Below are positions 1-10,656 of a stretch of DNA of 64,000 bases, piece after piece. The notes beneath the pieces were generated by a model, which saw nothing but the letters and a program-made list of their open reading frames with translations, searched no databases and had not been told where the DNA came from. The first letter of the stretch is position 1. Every line of letters begins with the position of its first letter. This DNA is from the human T2T-CHM13v2.0 reference genome, Homo sapiens: NCBI RefSeq assembly GCF_009914755.1, contig NC_060948.1; one strand, 5' to 3'. The translations under genes and the position numbers were made by a program.

Positions 1-552
1 CCTCTAATGGAATGGATTCGAGTGGAATGGAATCGAATATAATGGAGTCGAATGAAATGGAATTGAAAAGAATGGGATCGAATACAATGGAATATACTGG
101 AATGTAATGTAATGAACTCGAATGTAATTGACTGGAATGGAATGTACATGAATGGAATGTAATCGAATGGAAAGTAATCCAATGGAATAGAAACTAATGC
201 AATAAAATCGACTCAAATAGAGTAGAATGTAATGGAATGGAGTGCAGTGCAATGGAATGGAATGGAATGGAATGCAATGGAATGGAATGGAATGTTATGG
301 AATGGAATGGAATGGATTGGAATGGGATGGAATGGTATGGAATGGATAGTAATGGACTGGAGTGAAATGGACTGGAAAGGAATGGACTCAAATTGAAAGG
401 GCTCGAAAGGAATGGAGACAAATGGAATAGTCTGGAATGGAATGAACACGAATGTAATGCAATCCAATAGAATGTAATCGAATGGCATGGAATATAAAGA
501 AATGGAATCGAAGAGAATGGAAACAAATGGAATGGAATTGAATGGAATGGAA

Positions 553-706
553 TTGAATGGAATGGGAACGAATGGAGTGAAATTGTATGCAGTAGAAGAG
601 AATAGAATGGAATGCAAGCGAAAGGAAAGGAATTGATTGGAATGGAATGGAATTCATTGGAATGGAAGGGAATGTAGTGTAATGGACAGGCCTGGAATAA
701 AGTGGA
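553..706 (+). other. Classic DYZ1 sex-typing PCR amplicon (Y1.1/Y1.2-type primer sites), 154 bp, repeated in each unit
   Basis: TTGAATGGAATGGGAACGAATGG at 553-575 and GGACAGGCCTGGAATAAAGTGGA (reverse complement of TCCACTTTATTCCAGGCCTGTCC) at 684-706. Primer sequences are recalled from memory. Confidence 0.85.
650..693. other. Once-per-unit EcoRI (GAATTC 650-655) and StuI/HaeIII (AGGCCT 688-693) sites defining the ~3.4-3.5-kb male-specific fragment
   Basis: Seen at the homologous position in every complete unit; no other GGCC noticed by eye. Confidence 0.88.
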
Positions 707-1063
707 ATGCTACGGTCTCGAATGGAATAAAAATGTATGGAATGGAATGCAATGAAACGGAATCGAATGTCATAGAATGTAATGGAATGCAACAAAATGG
801 AATCCAAAATCATTGACTGGAAAGGCTGGGTGTCGAAAGGAATTGACTCCAATGGAATGGAATCGAATGGAATGGAAGTGAATAGAATCGAACTAAATCG
901 AATGGAATGGAATTGATAGGAACGGAATGGAAAGGAATGCAATGATTTGGCACGGAATGGAATCGAATGGCATCGAACGGAATGGAATGGAATGCAATTG
1001 AATGGAACGTATTAGAATGTAATGAACTTTAATGGAATGTACTCGAATGGATTCGACTGGAAT

Positions 1064-1078
1064 GGAATGTTCTGGAAG
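1064..1078. promoter_or_regulatory. Perfect 3-pentamer heat-shock element motif (HSE-1), present in all 18 units
   Basis: gGAAt gTTCt gGAAg matches nGAAn-nTTCn-nGAAn. Binding is not shown by the sequence. Confidence 0.55.
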
Positions 1079-1343
1079 TGAATGGACTCCAATGGAATGG
1101 ATTCAAAAGGAATGGAATCGTACGGAATGGAATCTAATGGAATGGAATTAAATGGAAATGAATCAAATTGAATAGCATGGAATTGAATTGAATGGAATCG
1201 AATGCAATGGAATCTAATGAAACGGAAAGGAAAGGAATGGAATGGAATGGAATGGGCTGGAATGGAAAGGAATCGAAACGAATGGAATGGAATCGAACTG
1301 ACGAGACTGGAATGGAATGCACTGGAATGGAAGGGAGTGTAAT

Positions 1344-1358
1344 GGAAGGTTCTCGAAA
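1344..1358. promoter_or_regulatory. Perfect 3-pentamer heat-shock element motif (HSE-2), present in all 18 units
   Basis: gGAAg gTTCt cGAAa; still intact as tGAAg gTTCt cGAAa in unit 12. Confidence 0.55.
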
Positions 1359-2354
1359 AAAATGGAATCGAATGGAATGGAATTGAATGGAACGGAATAG
1401 AGTCAAATGGATTTGAATGGAATGGAATGGACTAGAGTGAAATGGAATCGAACCACAAGGAATGGACAGGAATAGAATGGTCTCGAATTGAATGGAATCG
1501 TATGGAATGGCATCAAACGGAATGGAATGGACAGCCACGGAATGGAATGCACTCGAATGCAATGGAGTCGAAACTAATGGACTGGAATAGAATGGATTCG
1601 ACTGGTACGGACTCCAATGGAATGGAATCGAATGGAAGGGAATCGAACGGAACGGACTCGTAGGGAAAAGACTGCAATGGAAAGGTCTCGAATGGAATGG
1701 AAATTAATGGAATGGAATGGAATCGAATGAAATGGAGTCAAAAGGAATGGAATCGAATGGCAAGAAATCGAATGTAATGGAATCGCAAGGAATTGATGTG
1801 AACGGAACGGAATGGAATGGAATCCAAAGGAATGGAATAGAATGGAATGGAATCGAATGGAAAGGACTCGAATGGAAATCACTCGAATAGAATGCAATTT
1901 AATAAAATAGGATCAAATGTAATGGAATGGAATGGAAAGGAATCGAAACGAAAGGAATGGAGACAGATGGAATGGAATGGAACAGAGAGCAATGGTATAG
2001 AATGGAATGGAATCATCAGGAATGGAATAATATGAAATGGAATGGAATGGAATGGAATGGAATGCCCTTGAATTAAATGGACTGGAATGGAATGGACTCG
2101 AACAGAGTGGAATGGAAAGTGTTGAGATAGAATGGAATGGACTCGTTTGGAATGGTCTAGTATGCAATGCAATCGACTGGCAGGGAATCAAAAGGAATGT
2201 AATGGAATGGATTGGACTGGAATGCAATGGACTCGAATAGATTGGAAACGGAATGCAAAGGAATGGAATGGAATAGTATGGAATGGAATGGAAAGGAATG
2301 GAGTGGAATAGACTAGAGTGGAATGGAATGGACTGGAAAGCAATAGACTGGAAT

Positions 2355-2369
2355 GGAACTTTCTTGAAT
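2355..2369. promoter_or_regulatory. Perfect 3-pentamer heat-shock element motif (HSE-3), polymorphic among units
   Basis: gGAAc tTTCt tGAAt in 11 units; TTC->TTA in units 2, 4, 5, 6, 15, 17 and 18. Confidence 0.5.
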
Positions 2370-3534
2370 GGACTGGAATCAAACGGAATGGAATGCAAGG
2401 CAATCAAATGGCATGGAATAAAATAGAATGAAAGAGAATCAAATGGAATTGAATCGAATGGAATCGAATGGATTCGAAAGGAATAGAATGGAATGGAATG
2501 GAATTGACTCAAATGGAATGGACTAGAATGGAATGGATTCGAATGGAAGGCAAAGGAATGGAATCTATTGGAATGGACTGGAATGGAATGGAAGGGATTG
2601 GAATGGACTCGAATGGAATGGACTGCAATAGAAAGGATTCGAATGGAATGAAAAAGAATTGAATGGAATAGAACAGAATGGAATCAAATCGAATGAAATG
2701 GAATGGAATAGAAAGGAATGGAATGAAATGGAATGGAATGCAATCGAATGGAATGGAATCGAACGGAATGGAATAAAATGGAAGAAAACTGGCAAGAAAT
2801 GGAATCGAAATGAATGGAGTGTTATGGAACGGACTCAAAAGGAATTGAATGTAATAGAATGGAGTGGAGTGGACTCGAATATAATGGACTGGAATGGAAT
2901 GAAATCACATGGAATGGGAACGAATGGAATGGAATGGAAAGGAATGGAATCGAATGGAAAGGAATCGAATGGAAGGGAATGAAATTGAATCAACAGGAAT
3001 GGAAGGGAATAGAATAGACGGTAATGGAATGGACTCGAATTGAATGGACACGAATGCTCAAATTGAATGGACAAGAATGGAATGGAAACGAAAGGAATGT
3101 CATCGAATGGAATTGAATCGATTGGAATGAAATCGCATAGAATGGAGTGGAATCAAATGGAATTGAATCGAAAGGAAAGGAAGCGAATGGACTGAAATGA
3201 AATGGAATGGAATTGAATGGAAAGTAATGCAATGGAATAGAATGGAACGAAATTTCACGGAATGGAATCAAACTGAATGGAATCAAATCAATGGAATCAA
3301 ATCAAATGGAATGGAAAGGAATTGAATGGAGTAGATTGGATTGGATGGGATTGGAATGAAATGTACTGGAAAGGACTCGAATTTCATGAAACGGAATGGA
3401 ATGAATTGGAACGGAATGGACTCGAATGGAATGGAATGTCATGGAATGGCATCAAATGGAATGGCATCAAATGGAATGGAATCGAATGCAATGCAATGCT
3501 ATGGAATGGAATGGAATGCATTGGAATGGAATGT

Positions 3535-6500
3535 CCTCTAATGGAATGGATTCGAGTGGAATGGAATCGAATATAATGGAGTCGAATGAAATGGAATTGA
3601 AAAGAATGGGATCGAATACAATGGAATATACTGGAATGTAATGTAATGAACTCGAATGTAATTGACTGGAATGGAATGTACATGAATGGAATGTAATCGA
3701 ATGGAAAGTAATCCAATGGAATAGAAACTAATGCAATAAAATCGACTCAAATAGAGTAGAATGTAATGGAATGGAGTGCAGTGCAATGGAATGGAATGGA
3801 ATGGAATGCAATGGAATGGAATGGAATGTTATGGAATGGAATGGAATGGATTGGAATGGGATGGAATGGTATGGAATGGATAGTAATGGACTGGAGTGAA
3901 ATGGACTGGAAAGGAATGGACTCAAATTGAAAGGGCTCGAAAGGAATGGAGTCAAATGGAATAGTCTGGAATGGAATGAACACGAATGTAATGCAATCCA
4001 ATAGAATGTAATCGAATGGCATGGAATATAAAGAAATGGAATCGAAGAGAATGGAAACAAATGGAATGGAATTGAATGGAATGGAATTGAATGGAATGGG
4101 AACGAATGGAGTGAAATTGTATGCAGTAGAAGAGAATAGAATGGAATGCAAGCGAAAGGAAAGGAATGGATTGGAATGGAATGGAATTCATTGGAATGGA
4201 AGGGAATGTAGTGTAATGGACAGGCCTGGAATAAAGTGGAATGCTACGGTCTCGAATGGAATAAAAATGTATGGAATGGAATGCAATGAAACGGAATCGA
4301 ATGTCATAGAATGTAATGGAATGCAACAAAATGGAATCCAAAATCATTGACTGGAAAGGCTGGGTGTCGAAAGGAATTGACTCCAATGGAATGGAATCGA
4401 ATGGAATGGAAGTGAATAGAATCGAACTAAATCGAATGGAATGGAATTGATAGGAACGGAATGGAGAGGAATGCAATGATTTGGCATGGAATGCAATCGA
4501 ATGGCATCGAATGGAATGGAATGGAATGCAATGGAATGGAACGTATTAGAATGTAATGAACTTTAATGGAATGTACTCGAATGGATTCGACTGGAATGGA
4601 ATGTTCTGGAAGTGAATGGACTCCAATGGAATGGATTCCAAAGGAATGGAATCGTACGGAATGGAATCTAATGGAATGGAATTAAATGGAAATGAATCAA
4701 ATTGAATAGCACGGAATTGAATTGAATGGAATGGAATGCAATGGAATCTAATGAAACGGAAAGGAAAGGAATGGAATGGAATGGAATGGGCTGGAATGGA
4801 AAGGAATCGAAACGAATGGAATGGAATCGAACTGAAGAGACTGGAATGGAATGCACTGGAATGGAAGGGAGTGTAATGGAAGGTTCTCGAAAAAAATGGA
4901 ATCGAATGGAATGGAATTGAATGGAACGGAATAGAGTCGAATGGAATTGAATGGAATGGAATGGACTAGAGTGAAATGGAATCGAACCACAAGGAATGGA
5001 CAGGAATAGAATGGTCTCGAATTGAATGGAATCGTATGGAATGGCATCAAACGGAATGGAATGGACAGCCACGGAATGGAATGCACTCGAATGCAATGGA
5101 GTCGAAACTAATGGACTGGAATAGAATGGACTCGACTGGTACGGACTCCAATGGAATGGAATCGAATGGAAGGGAATCGAACGGAATGGACTCGAAGGGA
5201 AAAGACTGCAATGGAAAGGTCTCGAATGGAATGGAAATTAATGGAATGGAATGGAATCGAATGAAATGGAGTCAAAAGGAATGGAATCGAATGGCAAGAA
5301 ATCGAATGTAATGGAATCGCAAGGAATTGATGTGAACGGAACGGAATGGAATGGAATCCAAAGGAATGGAATAGAATGGAATGGAATCGAATGGAAAGGA
5401 CTCGAATGGAAATCACTCGAATAGAATGCAATTTAATAAAATAGGATCAAATGTAATGGAATGGAATGGAAAGGAATCGAAACGAAAGGAATGGAGACAG
5501 ATGGAATGGAATGGAACAGAGAGCAATGGTATAGAATGGAATGGAATCATCTGGAATGGAATTGAATGGAATGGAATAATATGAAATGGAATGGAATGGA
5601 ATGGAATGCCCTTGAATTAAATGGACTGGAATGGAATGGACTCGAACAGAGTGGAATGGAAAGTGTTGAGATAGAATGGAATGGACTCGTTTGGAATGGT
5701 CTAGTATGCAATGCAATCGACTGGCAGGGAATCAAAAGGAATGTAATGGAATGGATTGGACTGGAATGCAATGGACTCGAATAGATTGGAAACGGAATGC
5801 AAAGGAATGGAATGGAATAGTATGGAATGGAATGGAAAGGAATGCAGTGGAATAGACTAGAGTGGAATGGAATGGACTGGAAAGCAATGGACTGGAATGG
5901 AACTTTATTGAATGGACTGGAATCAAACGGAATGGAATGCAATGCAATCAAATGGCATGGAATAAAATAGAATGAAAGAGAATCAAATGGAATTGAATCG
6001 AATGGAATCGAATGGATTGGAAAGGAATAGAATGGAATGGAATGGAATTGACTCAAATCAATGGACTAGAATGGAATGGATTCGAATGGAAGGCAAAGGA
6101 ATGGAATCTATTGGAATGGACTGTAATGGAATGGAATGGAAGGGATTGGAATGGACTCGAATGGAATGGACTGCAATAGAAAGGATTCGAATGGAATGAA
6201 AAAGAATTGAATGGAATAGAACAGAATGGAATCAAATCGAATGAAATGGAATGGAATAGAAAGGAATGGAATGAAATGGAATGGAAAGGATTCGAATGGA
6301 ATGCAATCGAATGGAATGGTATCGAACGGAATGGAATAAAATGGAAGAAAACTGGCAAGAAATGGAATCGAAATGAATGGAGTGTTATGGAACGGACTCA
6401 AAAGGAATTGAATGTAATAGAATGGAGTGGAGTGGACTCGAATATAATGGACTGGAATGGAATGAAATCACATGGAATGGGAACGAATGGAATGGAATGG

Positions 6501-7097
6501 AAAGGAATGGAATCGAATGGAAAGGAATCGAATGGAAGGGAATGAAATTGAATCAACAGGAATGGAAGGGAATAGAATAGACGGTAATGGAATGGACTCG
6601 AATAGAATGGACACGAATGCTCAAATTGAATGGACTCGAATGGAATGGAAACGAAAGGAATGTCACCGAATGGAATTGAATCGATTGGAATGAAATCGCA
6701 TAGAATGGAGTGGAATCAAATGGAATTGAATCGAAAGGAAAGGAAGCGAATGGACTGAAATGAAATGGAATGGAATTGAATGGAAAGTAATGCAATGGAA
6801 TAGAATGGAACGAAATTTCACGGAATGGAATCAAACTGAATGGAATCAAACCAATGGAATCAAATCAAATGGAATGGAAAGGAATTGAATGGAGTAGATT
6901 GGATTGGATGGGATTGGAATGAAATGTACTGGAAAGGACTCGAATTTCATGAAACGGAATGGAATGAATTGGAACGGAACGGACTCGAATGGAATGGAAT
7001 GTCATGGAATGGCATCAAATGGAATGGCATCAAATGGAATGGAATCGAATGCAATGGAATGCTATGGAATGGAATGGAATGCATTTTAATGGAATGT
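3535..7097 (+). repeat. DYZ1 unit 2 (3563 bp); counterpart of unit 15
   Basis: Landmark spacing; carries the -1 variant actcaaatcaatgg at ~6059. Confidence 0.93.
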
Positions 7098-10000
7098 CCT
7101 CTAATGGAATGGATTCGAGTGGAATGGAATCGAATATAATGGAGTCGAATGAAATGGAATTGAAAGGAATGGGATCGAATACAATGGAATATACTGGAAT
7201 GTAATGTAATGAACTCGAATGTAATTGACTGGAATGGAATGTACATGAATGGAATGTAATCGAATGGAAAGTAATCCAATGGAATAGAATCTAATGCAAT
7301 AAAATCGACTCAGATAGAGTAGAATGTAATGGAATGGAGTGCAGTGCAATGGAATGGAATGGAATGGAATGCAATGGAATGGAATGGAATGGAATGGAAT
7401 GGAATGGAATGGAATGGAATGGTGTGGAATGGATAGTAATGGACTGGAGTGAAATGGACTGGAAAGGAATGGACTCAAATTGAATGGGCTCGAAAGGAAT
7501 GGAGTCAAATGGAATGGTCTGGAATGGAATGAACACGAATGTAATGCAATCCAATAGAATGGAATCGAATGGCATGGAATATAAAGAAATGGAATCGAAG
7601 AGAATGGAAACAAATGGAATGGAATTGAGTGGAATGGAATTGAATGGAATGGGAACGAATGGAGTGAAATTGTATGCAGTAGAAGAGAATAGAATGGAAT
7701 GCAAGCGAAAGGAAAGGAATGGATTGGAATGGAATGGAATTCATTGGAATGGAAGGGAATGTAGTGTAATGGACAGGCCTGGAATAAAGTGGAATGCTAC
7801 GGTCTCGAATGGAATAAAAATGTATGGAATGGAATGCAATGAAACGGAATCGAATGTCATAGAATGTAATGGAATGCAAAAAAATGGAATCCAAAATCAT
7901 TGACTGGAAAGGCTGGGTGTCGAAAGGAATTGACTCCAATGGAATGGAATCGAATGGAATGGAAGTGAATAGAATCGAACTAAATCGAATGGAATGGAAC
8001 TGATAGGAACGGAATGGAGAGGAATGCAATGATTTGGCATGGAATGCAATCGAATGGCATCGAATGGAATGGAATGGAATGCAATGGAATGGAATGTATT
8101 AGAATGTAATGAACTTTAATGGAATGTACTCGAATGGATTCGACTGGAATGGAATGTTCTGGAAGTGAATGGACTCCAATGGAATGGATTCCAAAGGAAT
8201 GGAATCGTACGGAATGGAATCTAATGGAATGGAACTAAATGGAAATGAATCAAATTGAATAGCACGGAATTGAATTGAATGGAATGGAATGCAATGGAAT
8301 CTAATGAAACGGAAAGGAAAGGAATGGAATGGAATGGAATGGGCTGGAATGGAAAGGAATCGAAACGAATGGAATGGAATCGAACTGAAGAGACTGGAAT
8401 GGAATGCACTGGAATGGAAGGGAGTGTAATGGAAGGTTCTCGAAAAAAATGGAATCGAATGGAATGGAATTGAATGGAACGGAATAGAGTCGAATGGAAT
8501 TGAATGGAATGGAATGGACTAGAGTGAAATGGAATCGAACCACAAGGAATGGACAGGAATAGAATGGTCTCGAATTGAATGGAATCGTATGGAATGGCAT
8601 CAAACGGAATGGAATGGACAGCCACGGAATGGAATGCACTCGAATGCAATGGAGTCGAAACTAATGGACTGGAATAGAATGGACTCGACTGGTACGGACT
8701 CCAATGGAATGGAATCGAATGGAAGGGAATCGAACGGAATGGACTCGAAGGGAAAAGACTGCAATGGAAAGGTCTCGAATGGAATGGAAATTAATGGAAT
8801 GGAATGGAATCGAATGAAATGGAGTCAAAAGGAATGGAATCGAATGGCAAGAAATCGAATGTAATGGAATCGCAAGGAATTGATGTGAACGGAACGGAAT
8901 GGAATGGAATCCAAAGGAATGGAATAGAATGGAATGGAATCGAATGGAAAGGACTCGAATGGAAATCACTCGAATAGAATGCAATTTAATAAAATAGGAT
9001 CAAATGTAATGGAATGGAATGGAAAGGAATCGAAACGAAAGGAATGGAGACAGATGGAATGGAATGGAACAGAGAGCAATGGTATAGAATGGAATGGAAT
9101 CATCTGGAATGGAATTGAATGGAATGGAATAATATGAAATGGAATGGAATGGAATGGAATGGAATGCCCTTGAATTAAATGGACTGGAGTGGAATGGACT
9201 CGAACAGAGTGGAATGGAAAGTGTTGAGATAGAATGGAATGGACTCGTTTGGAATGGTGTAGTATGCAATGCAATCGACTGGCAGGGAATCAAAAGGAAT
9301 GTAATGGAATGGATTGGACTGGAATGCAATGGACTCGAATAGATTGGAAACGGAATGGAAAGGAATGGAATGGAATAGTATGGAATGGAATGGAAAGGAA
9401 TGGAGTGGAATAGACTAGAGTGGAATGGAATGGACTGGAAAGCAATAGACTGGAATGGAACTTTCTTGAATGGACTGGAGTCAAACGGAATGGAATGCAA
9501 TGCAATCAAATGGCATGGAATAAAATAGAATGAAAGAGAATCAAATGGAATTGAATCGAATGGAATCGAATGGATTGGAAAGGAATAGAATGGAATGGAA
9601 TGGAATTGACTCAAATGGAATGGACTAGAATGGAATGGATTCGAATGGAAGGCAAAGGAATGGAATCTATTGGAATGGACTGTAATGGAATGGAATGGAA
9701 GGGATTGGAATGGACTCGAATGGAATGGACTGCAATAGAAAAGATTCGAATGGAATGAAAAAGAATTGAATGGAATAGAACAGAATGGAATCAAATCGAA
9801 TGAAATGGAATGGAATAGAAAGGAATGGAATGAAATGGAATGGAAAGGATTCGAATGGAATGCAATCGAATGGAATGGAATCGAACGGAATGGAATAAAA
9901 TGGAAGAAAACTGGCAAGAAATGGAATCGAAATGAATGGAGTGTTATGGAACGGACTCAAAAGGAATTGAATGTAATAGAATGGAGTGGAGTGGACTCGA

Positions 10001-10656
10001 ATATAATGGACTGGAATGGAATGAAATCACATGGAATGGGAACGAATGGAATGGAATGGAAAGGAATGGAATCGAATGGAAAGGAATCGAATGGAAGGGA
10101 ATGAAATTGAATCAACAGGAATGGAAGGGAATAGAATAGACGGTAATGGAATGGACTCGAATTGAATGGACACGAATGCTCAAATTGAATGGACTCGAAT
10201 GGAATGGAAACGAAAGGAATGTCATCGAATGGAATTGAATCGATTGGAATGAAATCGCATAGAATGGAGTGGAATCAAATGGAATTGAATCGAAAGGAAA
10301 GGAAGCGAATGGACTGAAATGAAATGGAATGGAATTGAATGGAAAGTAATGCAATGGAATAGAATGGAACGAAATTTCACGGAATGGAATCAAACTGAAT
10401 GGAATCAAATCAATGGAATCTAATCAAATGGAATGGAAAGGAATTGAATGGAGTAGATTGGATTGGATGGGATTGGAATGAAATGTACTGGAAAGGACTC
10501 GAATTTCATGAAACGGAATGGAATGAATTGGAACGGAATGGACTCGAATGGAATGGAATGTCATGGAATGGCATCAAATGGAATGGCATCAAATGGAATG
10601 GAATCGAATGCAATGGAATGCTATGGAATGGAATGGAATGCATTGGAATGGAATGT
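7098..10656 (+). repeat. DYZ1 unit 3 (3559 bp); counterpart of unit 16
   Basis: Landmark spacing; markers ggaactgata, ggaactaaat, gaaaagattc shared with unit 16. Confidence 0.93.

Larger units (their letters stand above)
1..3534 (+). repeat. DYZ1 unit 1 (3534 bp); counterpart of unit 14
   Basis: Phase set arbitrarily at cctctaatgg (1); next copy at 3535. Confidence 0.93.

Noticed and set aside
823-840. aggctgggtgtcg resembling the Alu 5' end or a G-quadruplex seed
   Set aside because: Only about 9 bp of similarity, it stays in pentamer register, and there are too few G-tracts; best read as diverged pentamers.
1895-1912. AATAAA polyadenylation signal in aatttaataaaatagg (and other aataaa sites)
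   Set aside because: AATAAA arises easily from ggaat-aaaat variants, occurs several times per unit, and has no clear GU-rich downstream element; unsupported without RNA data.
3254-3262. STAT/GAS-like TTCACGGAA once per unit
   Set aside because: A single degenerate 9-mer in a GGAA-rich background, likely chance; no supporting evidence.
10416-10426. DUX4-like GAATCTAATCA in some units
   Set aside because: It mismatches the first base of the TAATCTAATCA-type consensus, and established DUX4 satellite targets are HSATII; too weak to call.
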